The notes under the pieces are model-generated. The model did no database searches. It saw nothing but the letters and a program-made list of their open reading frames with translations, and was not told where the DNA came from. A stretch of 64,000 nt of DNA from an uncultured delta proteobacterium (GTDB lineage: Bacteria > Myxococcota_A > UBA9160 > UBA4427), in the NCBI GenBank assembly GCA_963822965.1, contig CAWGJT010000005.1:1888001-1952000 (forward strand). Direction: 5' to 3'. Of the stretch, positions 18,351 to 29,546 are shown piece by piece (within the stretch, counting starts at the first letter, position 1; every line of letters begins with the position of its first letter). The position numbers were made by a program, and so were the translations under genes.

Positions 18351-18584
18351 ATGAGAAACGAGACGAGGAAGTCGATCCTGTGGGGTGGGCTGCTGACGCT
18401 AGGCGCGTTGGCGGTCTGGGCCTTCGCGTCCCACGCGCAGGTGATCGACACGGACGCCTGCCAGAAGTCGTGCTACGACGTCCACACCGATTGCGTCGAC
18501 TCGTGCAGCGACGGCGGCAACCCGATGGAGTGCGAGTCGAGCTGCGACGAGCAGCTCCAGGACTGCTTGTCGGACTGCAGCTGA
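18351..18584 (+). CDS. Small secreted 8-Cys protein (77 aa)
   Basis: MRNETRKSILWGGLLTLGALAVWAFASHA signal; four CxxxC motifs; GAGG upstream. Confidence 0.75.
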   Translation: MRNETRKSILWGGLLTLGALAVWAFASHAQVIDTDACQKSCYDVHTDCVDSCSDGGNPMECESSCDEQLQDCLSDCS

Positions 18585-18604
18585 ACGCCGGGGGAGGGCG
18601 CGCC

Positions 18605-19312
18605 TCAGCGCTTGCGCCCCAGCTCCCCCAGCAGCTCGAGCTGGATCTCCTGGATCTCCACCAGCCGCGCCCACTGGTGCGAGAGCAGGTGGTCGAGCTT
18701 CTCGTGCAGGTGCCGGATCTCGAGCTCGGCCTTCAGGTTCACCTGGTAGTCGTGCTGCGAACGCAGCCGGTCCTTCGCCTCCTGCCGGTTCTGGCTCATC
18801 ATGATGACCGGCGCCTGGATCGCCGCGACGCACGAGAGCACCAGGTTCAGCAGGATGAACGGATAAGGATCGACCGGGCGCCACAGCAGCACGCCTGCGT
18901 TGGCGGCGATCCACAGCACCAGGAAGACACCGAAGCAGATCAGGAAGGTCCAGCTACCGCCGAAGGTGGCGATGTGATCGGCCAGGCGCTCGCCCAGGGT
19001 CCAGTCGCGCTCGAACTCGAGATCCACGTTCTCCGAAAGCAGCTCGTGCTCGCGCAGGCTGTCCACCACCTCCTGCTCGAGGCTCGTCAGCTCGCCCCGC
19101 TCGGACTCGAGCAGCGAGTGCACGTAGCGCCCCCGGTAGCGGGCCAGGTCCTCCTGACAGACGAACCCCTCCCCGGACCACTCCGGGTGCTCCCCGCGGA
19201 TCGTGTCCGCCAGCGCGGGCCGCAGCACCTCGCCCGAAACCAGCTGCCTCCGCGGAAGGCTCCGGCCGCAGATCGAACAGACAGTGTGATCGTTCCTGCT
19301 CATGCCGTGCAT
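18605..19312 (-). CDS. DUF1003 domain membrane protein
   Basis: FGGSW, DPYPFILLNLVLSCVAAIQAPVIMMSQNRQ. Confidence 0.9.
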   Translation of the reverse strand: MHGMSRNDHTVCSICGRSLPRRQLVSGEVLRPALADTIRGEHPEWSGEGFVCQEDLARYRGRYVHSLLESERGELTSLEQEVVDSLREHELLSENVDLEFERDWTLGERLADHIATFGGSWTFLICFGVFLVLWIAANAGVLLWRPVDPYPFILLNLVLSCVAAIQAPVIMMSQNRQEAKDRLRSQHDYQVNLKAELEIRHLHEKLDHLLSHQWARLVEIQEIQLELLGELGRKR

Positions 19313-19400
19313 CCTCTCGTCGATCGGGATGCGGCGACCGCCGGGCGCCTACCGGCGACGAGCCACCGCAATCGCGGCCGTGGAATCCTGACGCCAGAGC

Positions 19401-19449
19401 TGGTGGGCCCTCCTGGGCTCGAACCAGGGACCATCCGGTCGTGAGCCGG
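19401..19449 (-). repeat. Displaced 3' half of the tRNA(CAT) (att-like), ends in CCA
   Basis: Matches 22307-22355 with a few substitutions; no 5' half. Confidence 0.85.
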
Positions 19450-19690
19450 GGACCGGGTCTCGATCCCTCCGGAACCGTTGGAGCTCCCGACCCCGAGTGT
19501 GCCGCACCGTGGATGAGTTCGCGGGTGCGGAGTGAGCGCCTCACTCTCCCGGAGCTACCCTCTTCCGGCTCGGCGGTGCTCGGGCCTTCGGATCCCGGTG
19601 GACGGCCGGGGGGGGCACCCGGGGGCCGGCTTGCAGCTCGCGGCGGAGGGGCGTTTCATAGAGGCCTGTTCTTCGCCAGGAGATCCCAAG

Positions 19691-20674
19691 ATGAACGAAG
19701 CGATCCAGACGACGACCGGAACGGCGACGCCGGAGGAGCTCGGTCCCACGCTGATCCACGAGCACGTCCTGGTGGGGTACCCGGGCTGGGAGCTCGACGC
19801 CAAGGCGCCGCCCTTCCGACGCGACGACGCCATGGCGCGCGCCATGGACCAGATGCAGGAGCTCCAGGACCTGGGTGTCGGCACCTTCGTCGACCCCTGC
19901 CCGATGGATCTCGGCCGCGACGTCGAGTTCCTGGCCGAGCTCTCGCAGAAGAGCGGCATGCGCATCGTGTGCACCACCGGTGCCTACTTCGAGGCCGAGG
20001 GCAACACCTTCACGTTCCGCCAGCTTCCGGTGGAGGAGATCACCGAGATCTACGTGAAGGAGATCGAGGAGGGCGTGGGCGAGACCGGCATCAAGGCCGG
20101 GGCGGTCAAGATCGCGACCGGCTCGCGCATCGTCAGCGACTACGAGCGCAAGCTGGTGACGGCGGGCGCCCGGGCGGCGCGGGAGACGGGCGTCCCGATC
20201 ATCTCGCACACCCAGGACGCCTCCTGCGGTCACGACCAGATCGACATCGTGACCGGGGAGGGTCTCTCGCCGGATCGCCTGCTGGTCGGCCACTCCGACG
20301 GGACGGAGGACCACTGGTACCAGCGCTCCCTCGCCGAGCGCGGCGCCTACGTCGGCTTCGACCGCTTCGGCATCTCGCTGTTCCAGCCCGACGAGGTGCG
20401 CATCCGCAACGTGCTGAAGCTCGCCGGCGCCGGCCACCTGGAGCGCATCCTGGTCTCCCACGACTCGATCGGGTGCTGGCTCGGGCGGCCGCTGCCGTTC
20501 GCGAACTCCTTCGAGGAGCTCCTGGCGGCGCTGCCGAAGTGGCGCTCGACCTACATCTTCCGGGAGGTGGTTCCGAAGCTGCTCGAGGGCGGCCTCAGCC
20601 AGGCCGATGTCGACACCATTCTGGTGGAGAACCCGCGCCGGCTGTTCGCTGCAGGTCTCGAGAAGGGCGCCTGA
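19691..20674 (+). CDS. Phosphotriesterase-like amidohydrolase
   Basis: TLIHEH, AVKIAT, ISH, GHSD, GFDRFG, SHD metal-site motifs. Confidence 0.9.
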   Translation: MNEAIQTTTGTATPEELGPTLIHEHVLVGYPGWELDAKAPPFRRDDAMARAMDQMQELQDLGVGTFVDPCPMDLGRDVEFLAELSQKSGMRIVCTTGAYFEAEGNTFTFRQLPVEEITEIYVKEIEEGVGETGIKAGAVKIATGSRIVSDYERKLVTAGARAARETGVPIISHTQDASCGHDQIDIVTGEGLSPDRLLVGHSDGTEDHWYQRSLAERGAYVGFDRFGISLFQPDEVRIRNVLKLAGAGHLERILVSHDSIGCWLGRPLPFANSFEELLAALPKWRSTYIFREVVPKLLEGGLSQADVDTILVENPRRLFAAGLEKGA

Positions 20675-20676
20675 GC

Positions 20677-22257
20677 GTGGCCCCGCCGCGCGTCTCCTTC
20701 GGCTACGACCACCTGCTGCGGCGGCTGGGCGGCCCGAGCTACCTGGAGCGCGATCGCACGGCGTTGGTGTTCCGCGACCAGCGCCTGTCCTACGGGGAGC
20801 TGCACGACCGGGCGGCGCGCCTGGCGGACGCACTCGCGGGCGACGGCGTGGCGAAGGGGGACCGCGTCGCGATCCTGCTCAAGAACGACCCGGCCTGGCT
20901 CGACGTGTTCTTCGCCGTGGCGTCCCTGGGTGCCGTGCTGGTGCCGATCAACTACCTGCTGCGCGCGAAGGAGGTCGCCTTCGTGCTGGGCGACTCGGGG
21001 GCCACCACGCTGGTGGCCGGCGACGACCTGGCGGAGGTGGCGAGCGCGGCCCTGGCCGAGTCGCCCGCTTGCCGCCGCACGCTGGTCGTGGAGAACGCCG
21101 GCGGCGAGGCCGGGCCTGGGGCGGGCGCCTTGGCCGGCGCGCGCGGGCTCTCGGCCTTCGCGGCGGGGGGCGAGCTTCGCTGGCCGCAGGTCGAGCTGTC
21201 CCTCGACGATCCGAACCTGCTCCAGTACACGAGCGGCACCACCGGCTTCCCGAAAGGCGCCACCCACACCGTGTCGACGCTGCTCTGGAACTCGTTCCAC
21301 CAGATCGGCGACTTCCAGGTGACGGAGCGAGAGCGCTACCTGTGCGTGCCCGCGCTGTGCTGGGCCGCCGGGATGCACGACTTCACCCTGGCCACGCTGT
21401 GGGTGGGCGGGACGGTCGTGCTCAACCCGAGCGGCGGCGTCACGATGGAGGGCCTGCTCCAGGTGATCCAGGCCGAGCGCATCACCAAGGTGCTGCTCGT
21501 CCCCACCATCCTGAAGCAGCTGGTCGAGTTTCCCGATCTGAAGCGCTTCGACCTGAGCTCGCTCGAGGCCGTGCTCACCGGCGCGGAGCCCGTGCCCGTG
21601 CCCGTCATCCGGCGCTTCAACGAGGTGCTGCCCGAGACCACGCTGATCCAGGGCTACGGCATGTCCGAAGGGCCGACCATCGCGACCTATCTGCGCGCCG
21701 AGCACGCCCTCCGCAAGGTCGGCTCCTGCGGCAAGCCAGTCACCAACTGCGAGCTGCGGGTCGTGGACGACCAGGACCGTGACCTGCCCCCGGGCGAGAC
21801 GGGCGAGGTGCTGACGCGCAGCCCCGCCACGATGGTGGGCTACTGGAACCGCGAGGATGCGACGGCCGATGCGCTGCGAGGCGGCTGGATGCACACCGGC
21901 GACCTGGGGACGCTCGACGAGGAGGGCTTCCTCACCATCAGCGGCCGCAAGAAGGACATGTTCATCTCGGGCGGGCTCAACGTCTACCCGGCGGAGATCG
22001 AGTCCGTGCTGCTCGACGTGCCCGGCGTCGCCGAGTGCGCGGTGTTCGGCGCGCCCGACGACCGCTGGGGCGAGACCGGCCACGCGGTGGTGGTCGCGAA
22101 GCCCGGCGCCGCGCTCGAAGCGGACGCGCTGCGCGAACGCTGCCGCGAGGCCCTGGCAAGCTATAAGGTGCCGGCCCACATCGAGATCCGGACGGAGCCG
22201 CTGCCCCGCACCGCGTCGGGCAAGGTGCAGAAGTTCAAGCTGCGCGAGGAGCGCTGA
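20677..22257 (+). CDS. AMP-dependent acyl-CoA synthetase
   Basis: YTSGTTGFPKG, QGYGMSE, HTGDLG, PRTASGKVQK. Confidence 0.92.
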   Translation: MAPPRVSFGYDHLLRRLGGPSYLERDRTALVFRDQRLSYGELHDRAARLADALAGDGVAKGDRVAILLKNDPAWLDVFFAVASLGAVLVPINYLLRAKEVAFVLGDSGATTLVAGDDLAEVASAALAESPACRRTLVVENAGGEAGPGAGALAGARGLSAFAAGGELRWPQVELSLDDPNLLQYTSGTTGFPKGATHTVSTLLWNSFHQIGDFQVTERERYLCVPALCWAAGMHDFTLATLWVGGTVVLNPSGGVTMEGLLQVIQAERITKVLLVPTILKQLVEFPDLKRFDLSSLEAVLTGAEPVPVPVIRRFNEVLPETTLIQGYGMSEGPTIATYLRAEHALRKVGSCGKPVTNCELRVVDDQDRDLPPGETGEVLTRSPATMVGYWNREDATADALRGGWMHTGDLGTLDEEGFLTISGRKKDMFISGGLNVYPAEIESVLLDVPGVAECAVFGAPDDRWGETGHAVVVAKPGAALEADALRERCREALASYKVPAHIEIRTEPLPRTASGKVQKFKLREER

Positions 22258-22306
22258 GCGGCACCGAGCCGGAACGCTGGGAAGTCCCGGGTACCCATGG
22301 CAAGGA

Positions 22307-22382
22307 CGGTGGGCCCTCCTGGGTTCGAACCAGGGACCATCCGGTTATGAGCCGGTTGCTCTAACCCCTGAGCTAAGGGCCC
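22307..22382 (-). tRNA. tRNA with CAT anticodon, most likely tRNA-Ile2 (lysidine); tRNA-Met not excluded; 3' end encoded as CCG
   Basis: GGGCCCTTAGCTCAG...CCGG-CTCATAA-CCGG...GGTTCGAACCC...GGGCCCA cloverleaf. Confidence 0.92.
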
Positions 22383-22397
22383 GCCGGGGGAATCCTA

Positions 22398-22424
22398 GCC
22401 CTGATCCGTGGTGCGGATCAGGGC
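22398..22424. promoter_or_regulatory. Perfect 11-bp inverted repeat upstream of the tRNA
   Basis: GCCCTGATCCG-TGGTG-CGGATCAGGGC next to a TAGGAT -10-like hexamer. Confidence 0.5.
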
Positions 22425-22709
22425 GCAACTCCCAATGCCGGCCGAGTCGCTACGTCTTGCTCGGTCCGTGCCGCGATCCGGGCCCGACGCCCGGACCTCA
22501 TGGGAATGAGGTCGTCGCGCTCAGGCTGGCTCCGCCTTTCTCACACGACCCGCGAGGGCTGGCAGGGTCTGCGGCACGCAGGAAGCACACTGAATGACGC
22601 ATTGGGGCGAGCAGGCCGTCGAGGCGCCGATCCCGCCTCGGAAGACGGCGCCTTCGTGACGCTCCGGCGCAGCGAGAGCCCTCCGGCGGGCTCCGGTATC
22701 GTCCCGGCC

Positions 22710-23879
22710 GTGCCGGCTCGTCTCGCGCTCCTGATCGTTTCGCTCGGGCTCTGCGTCGCGCTCGCCGAGGTCGCGCTGCGCGTTCTCACGCCGCTTCCGA
22801 TCCACGAGCTCTCGAACCGACGGCCGAACCCGGTGCTCGGGTACGTGCTGTCGAGCTCACTGCCCGACGTGGATGCGCGCGGCTTCCGCGACGGCGGGCG
22901 GACGCGGCTCGAGGACGCGGAGATCGTCGTGGTGGGGGACTCGCACGCGTACGGGGTGAACGTCTCGTCCGAGGCGAGCTTTCCGGCGGTGCTCGAGCGC
23001 AGGACCGGCCGGCCCGTCTACAACATGGGCGTCGGAAGCTACGGCATCTACCAGTACATGATGCTGCTCGAGCAGCTGACGAGCTTCGCGAACGTGCGCG
23101 ACGTGGTGCTGGCCCTGTATCTCGCGAACGATCTCGCCGCGCACTGTCCGATGACCGGGGAGCCCGCGTGGAAGTCGCTGGCGCGGCAGCGCGGGCTCGA
23201 GACGCCGCCGTGCCAGCCCGGGGAGGCCTTCAGCGAGATGATCCAGCGACCGCGCAGCCTGCGCGAACGCAGCGCGCTGCTCGACGCGGCCTGGACGCTC
23301 TTCGAGCGCTTCGCGTCGCCCGCCGAGCCGGCCTTCGAGCTGGCAGACGACCAGCGGGTCGCCATTCGTCGATCCCGCAAGCACCAGCTGGCCACGTCCC
23401 TCGCCAACGATCGCGTGGCCCTCAACCATCTCAACTCGCTGGGCATCCTGAAGCGCGCCCAGCGGCAGCTGCGGGCGGCGGGCATCCGCTTCTCGGTGCT
23501 GCTCGTGCCCTCGCACGAGGAGGTGCTGGTGGCGTGGAGCCATGCGCGGGGAGAGCCGGTGCCCGACGAGCTGGACGCCATCGTGGCCACCGAGCTCGCG
23601 ATGAAGCGACGCTACCAGGCGTTCCTCGACGGCTCGGGCATTCCGTACGAGGACGCCCTGCCCGCCATGGTGGCGGCGCTGGACGAAGAGGTCCGGGCCG
23701 GACGGGAGCTGTATCCCGGCGCCGACGACCATCCGCTGGAACGCGGTTATGTCGCCTACGCGGAGGCCGCGGAGGCGCTGCTCGCGCGCGCGGACGCGCA
23801 GGACCCGCACGCCGAGCGCCCGAGCCAGTCCGCCGGCGGCGCGGCCCGCGCGAAGCCCGCGCCGCTTGTGGCGAAATGA
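22710..23879 (+). CDS. Membrane-anchored SGNH/GDSL-like protein
   Basis: N-terminal TM with AEVALR, GFRD, VVGDSHAYG, NMGVGSYG, DDHP; start uncertain. Confidence 0.7.
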   Translation: MPARLALLIVSLGLCVALAEVALRVLTPLPIHELSNRRPNPVLGYVLSSSLPDVDARGFRDGGRTRLEDAEIVVVGDSHAYGVNVSSEASFPAVLERRTGRPVYNMGVGSYGIYQYMMLLEQLTSFANVRDVVLALYLANDLAAHCPMTGEPAWKSLARQRGLETPPCQPGEAFSEMIQRPRSLRERSALLDAAWTLFERFASPAEPAFELADDQRVAIRRSRKHQLATSLANDRVALNHLNSLGILKRAQRQLRAAGIRFSVLLVPSHEEVLVAWSHARGEPVPDELDAIVATELAMKRRYQAFLDGSGIPYEDALPAMVAALDEEVRAGRELYPGADDHPLERGYVAYAEAAEALLARADAQDPHAERPSQSAGGAARAKPAPLVAK

Positions 23880-23901
23880 CGGAGCTGGCACCATCCGTCG
23901 G

Positions 23902-25281
23902 ATGCCGAACGCGCCCGCCTCGCCCCCCGGAGCCAGCAAGCCCCACCCCACCCACTGCGTGGCGGTGATCGGGGGCGCCACCGCGGGCGCCGAGGTGGCG
24001 GGACGCCTGGCGGAGCTCGGCTGCGTGGTGGTGGTCTTCGAGCAGAACCCGCGCCCCTACGGAAAGATCGAGGACGGCCTGCCCTCGTGGCACATCGCGC
24101 TCCGCAGGAAGGAGTACGAGAACATCGAGAGCAAGCTCACCCGGCCGGGGGTGCACTTCGTGCCCGAGACGAAGATCGGCCGCGACATCGACTTCCTCGA
24201 GCTGCTGAACGAGTGGGGCTTCTCGGCCGTGGTGCTGGCCAACGGCGCCTGGTGGGACCGCCCGCTCCCCGTGGAGGGCGCCGACGCCTACATCGGCAAG
24301 GGGCTCGTCTACCAGAATCCGTTCGTCATCTCCTTCAACCACCAGGACGACCCCCACTTCCAGGGAGAGCGCTTCGACATCCCCGACGGCTGCCTGGTGG
24401 TGGGCGGCGGCCTCGCTTCCATCGACGTGGCGAAGATCCTGATGCTCGAGAACGTGAAGCGTGCGCTCGCCGAGCGCGGCATCGAGACGAGCGTCCACGA
24501 GCTGGAGGTGAAGGGCATTCCGAAGATCCTGGAGGGCCACGGGCTCCGGTACGACGACCTGGGGCTGCAGGGCTGCACGATCTTCTACCGACGCCGCGTG
24601 CAGGACATGCCGCTGATGGAGGCGCCCGAGGGCGCCGACGCGAGCCGCCTGGAGAAGGTGCAGAAGGGGCGCGAGCGCATGCTCGCCAAGGCCCAGGAGA
24701 AGTACTGCTTCCAGCTGGAGCCGCTCGCCGCCCCGGACGGCCTCGTCGTGGAGGACGGCCGCCTGGTGGGCCTGCGCTTCCGGCGCACGAAGATCGAGAA
24801 CGGCCGGGTCGTTCCCACCGACGAGACCTTCGAGCGCCGGGGCACCTGGGTGATCTCGTCCATCGGCAGCATTCCCGAGCCCATCGTGGGCATCCCCATG
24901 AAGGGCGAGCTCTTCGACTTCGAGGACTGGGACACCGGCCGCATCGCGGGCTTCCCGATCCTGTTCTCGGTGGGCAACGTGGTGACCGGCAAGGGCAACA
25001 TCGTGGCCTCGCGCAAGCACGCCGCCCACGTCTTCGAGGACGCCATCGAGAGCTTCCTCGGCCTGGCGGAAGAGGAAGGCCGACACGGAGAGGCCCGGGC
25101 GGAGAGTCGTGCCGGCCAGAAGGCACGCGCCACCGCCGAGCACATCCACGCCCAGCTCGGCGTGCCGCCCAGCGCCGAGACCATCGCGTCGATCCTCGAG
25201 CGCGTGAAGGACCGCCAGCGCGCCGTCGGCTATCCCGGCGACTACAAGGCCTGGATCGAGAAGGTAGGCCCCGCCGCGTAG
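23902..25281 (+). CDS. FAD/NAD(P)-dependent oxidoreductase (ferredoxin-NADP reductase-like)
   Basis: VAVIGGATAG, PYGKIEDGLP, VVGGGLASIDV. Confidence 0.75.
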   Translation: MPNAPASPPGASKPHPTHCVAVIGGATAGAEVAGRLAELGCVVVVFEQNPRPYGKIEDGLPSWHIALRRKEYENIESKLTRPGVHFVPETKIGRDIDFLELLNEWGFSAVVLANGAWWDRPLPVEGADAYIGKGLVYQNPFVISFNHQDDPHFQGERFDIPDGCLVVGGGLASIDVAKILMLENVKRALAERGIETSVHELEVKGIPKILEGHGLRYDDLGLQGCTIFYRRRVQDMPLMEAPEGADASRLEKVQKGRERMLAKAQEKYCFQLEPLAAPDGLVVEDGRLVGLRFRRTKIENGRVVPTDETFERRGTWVISSIGSIPEPIVGIPMKGELFDFEDWDTGRIAGFPILFSVGNVVTGKGNIVASRKHAAHVFEDAIESFLGLAEEEGRHGEARAESRAGQKARATAEHIHAQLGVPPSAETIASILERVKDRQRAVGYPGDYKAWIEKVGPAA

Positions 25282-25387
25282 CCGGCGAATCCGAAGGATT
25301 CGCCGAGCCGGGTGCCCGACCCGGACGCAAACGCTTCCAGAGTCGTCTCGACGCGCGGTGCCTTGCGACCCAGGCGACCCATGCGAC

Positions 25388-26470
25388 CTATCCGAGCAGG
25401 GTCGCCAGCTCCGGCACCTCGCCGGCCTGGGTCCAGCCCGGCATGCCGGTCCGCCACACCAGCGTGTCGGCGCGCAGGCGGCCGGTGGCGACGGCCTCCT
25501 GGAGCTGCGCGGGCGTGAAGGGCCCCACGGCCTCGCCGTTCTCGGCCAGGTGCCAGGTGGGCATGGGCGGCGGGGGCGGAGGGGCCTGGGGGGGCGGCGG
25601 AACGGGCGCGCTCTGCATGGACTGCATCATGGGGTTCGCCATCGCCATCCCCATGCCCACGCCGAGCCCCGCGCCGGCGAGACCACCCGCCGGGTTCGCG
25701 GCGGCCACCGGCATGGCGTGACCGATCTGGTAGGCCTGGTAGGCGCGCAGGTCGCCCACGATTCCCATCCCGGTCCGCACGTCGAGTGCGTTCTCCACCT
25801 CGGCGGGCAGCGAGATGTTCACGATATGGAGCTGCGGAATCTCGAGCCCGTACTCGTCGTCGACCATCTCGCCCACGGCGGCCCGCATGCGCTCGGAGAG
25901 GTGGCGATACGCGCGCGCCAGGTCGAGCACCGGAATCTCGGACTGGGAGACCACCTCGGCGAAGGCGTTGTTCACGATGGATCGCAGCAGCTCGGTGATC
26001 TCGTCCGCTTCGAACACCGAGTCGGTGCCGACGAGCTCGGAGAGCAGGATCTTCGGGTCGAGCGCTCGCAGCGTATAGGTGCCGAAGGCGCGGACGCGGA
26101 CCGGGCCGAAGTCCGAGTCGCGCATCATCACCGGGTTCGGCGTGCCCCACTTGAGGTCGGTGATGATCGTCGTGTTGACAAAGTAGACCTCGGCCTTGAA
26201 GGGGCTCTCGAAGCCGTACTTCCAGCCGAGCAGCGTCGACAGCACCGGCAGGTTCTTCGTCTCGAGGCGGTACATGCCCGGCTCGAAGACGTCCGCCAGC
26301 TTGCCGTTGCTGACCAGGATGGCCACCTGGCCGGGGCGCACGATCAGCTTGGCGCCGTTCTTGATCTGATTGTGGAAGCGCGGAAAACGCCAGACGATCG
26401 CGTGGTGGTTGTCGTCCACCCATTCGATGATGTCTACCAGTTCCGCGCGAAGCTTCTCGATCATGCCCAT
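25388..26470 (-). CDS. SPFH (YdjI-like) domain protein with C-terminal GYF_2-like domain
   Basis: [29 protein letters not shown]...[11 protein letters not shown]. Confidence 0.85.
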   Translation of the reverse strand: MGMIEKLRAELVDIIEWVDDNHHAIVWRFPRFHNQIKNGAKLIVRPGQVAILVSNGKLADVFEPGMYRLETKNLPVLSTLLGWKYGFESPFKAEVYFVNTTIITDLKWGTPNPVMMRDSDFGPVRVRAFGTYTLRALDPKILLSELVGTDSVFEADEITELLRSIVNNAFAEVVSQSEIPVLDLARAYRHLSERMRAAVGEMVDDEYGLEIPQLHIVNISLPAEVENALDVRTGMGIVGDLRAYQAYQIGHAMPVAAANPAGGLAGAGLGVGMGMAMANPMMQSMQSAPVPPPPQAPPPPPPMPTWHLAENGEAVGPFTPAQLQEAVATGRLRADTLVWRTGMPGWTQAGEVPELATLLG

Positions 26471-26519
26471 TGGAGGCTCTCCCTTCATACCCGCCCAGTT
26501 TTCCCGCGTCTCGCGACTG

Positions 26520-27404
26520 CTACTCCAGCAGTCCCTTCAAGACGCTCACGATCGTTTCCGCCAGGAAGCCCCCGCTGCTGCTCGAAGAGCGCGAAGACCG
26601 CGTCCACCCCGAGTCGCCGCCCGTCACGGCGGCCAGGCGGACGCTTCGCATGGCCTCGGCGGCCTGGCGGTCCGCGTCCTGCAGCATCGCCTCGGCGGAG
26701 GGGTTGCCCCCGGAGAGCACGAAGCCCGTGATCTGCTCGAGCTCGTCCGCGTCGAGCCAGGTGCCGTGCTTGCGGCAGGTGTCGATGATGACCCCCGAGC
26801 TCCTGCGGAAGTTGCGGCGCTGCATGAACGCGTCGCACTCGGGGCACTTCCGGTACTTCACGCCCTGGGACATGGGGTTGCCGCCCTTCACCCGGGGCTC
26901 CTGGGGCTGGTTGCTGCGCGGCTCGCCCCGCTTCTGGGCTTCAAGGGCCCGGTTGACGAGGAGATCGAGCCGGTTGCCCGGCGCCCAGATGCCGTTGCAG
27001 GAGCCGCACTCGTTGATGCCGATGCCTCCGATGCTCCGGGGCGGCATCAGGCAGGCGCACACCGGGCACGGAAGCTCGAAGCCGTCCACCTTGACGGTCT
27101 CGGGCGAGAAGGCGACGCCGCAGGCGGTGCAGAAGCGCGACACCTCGGCGTTGCGCCCGTAGCATTCGGGACAGATGAGCGAGAGCTTCTTGTCGTCGCG
27201 GACGATCTCGGAGCCGCAGTAGTCGCAGCCCGTGGCTTCCGCGCCCACCACCGCGCCGCACGAGCCGCAGCGGTGGATCTTCGCGTCCACGCCCTCGAGG
27301 TGGCGGTTCTCCACCGTCTCCCCGCACCGGCACGGGAAGCTCTCGGCGGCGACGTCCGTGACGTCGTACTGCGTGTGGCAGTTCGAGCAGGCAACCAGGC
27401 GCAC
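26520..27404 (-). CDS. Multi-zinc-ribbon protein (zf-TFIIB-like C-terminal ribbons)
   Basis: Ten CxxC-like half-sites; CGSCNGIW and [13 protein letters not shown]. Confidence 0.8.
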   Translation of the reverse strand: MRLVACSNCHTQYDVTDVAAESFPCRCGETVENRHLEGVDAKIHRCGSCGAVVGAEATGCDYCGSEIVRDDKKLSLICPECYGRNAEVSRFCTACGVAFSPETVKVDGFELPCPVCACLMPPRSIGGIGINECGSCNGIWAPGNRLDLLVNRALEAQKRGEPRSNQPQEPRVKGGNPMSQGVKYRKCPECDAFMQRRNFRRSSGVIIDTCRKHGTWLDADELEQITGFVLSGGNPSAEAMLQDADRQAAEAMRSVRLAAVTGGDSGWTRSSRSSSSSGGFLAETIVSVLKGLLE

Positions 27405-27580
27405 GCGGCCCCTCCCATCCAGTCGCCACCCTGGATCGGATCAACCGTCCCCTGGCTTGAAGACGACGCGGACGCCCGCACGCACAAGCAGGCAGGCCGC
27501 AAGCGACCGGAAGCCGGTACGCAACCGCCCAGGCGTGGGAGGGATCGGGCTCGGTCGAGGAAGGGCTCGGGGACCCGGGC

Positions 27581-29293
<1,713 letters not shown>

Positions 29294-29319
29294 CGGGGGG
29301 GCTTTCCTCTCTGGAATCG

Positions 29320-29354
29320 TCGACTCTCGATTCTCGACTCTCGACTCTCGACTT
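29320..29354. repeat. Tandem heptamer (TCGACTC) x5 in the rpoD leader
   Basis: tcgactc tcgattc tcgactc tcgactc tcgactt. Confidence 0.9.
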
Positions 29355-29546
29355 TGTGTCGCTATTCGATTCCGCTCAGCACTTGCTCAGCGTTCACACA
29401 ACCTGTCGCATCAGCTTTCTTGCTCACATTGCTCGTTCGCCGGTCGTTGCCGCGTTCTTGCTGTCTCGCTCCATTGCGTTGCGTCTTCTGGGTCTTCGAC
29501 TCGATTCCCTCTTCGCGGTCTCCCGCCCGGCTCCGGCGCATCGGAG

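Noticed and set aside
19401..19480. Second tRNA (Val-CAC)
   Set aside because: No D-arm or 5' acceptor strand; only a 3' fragment
19441..20676. 938-aa fusion ORF ending in the acyl-CoA ligase
   Set aside because: Upstream part overlaps the phosphotriesterase gene in another frame; real start is ~20677
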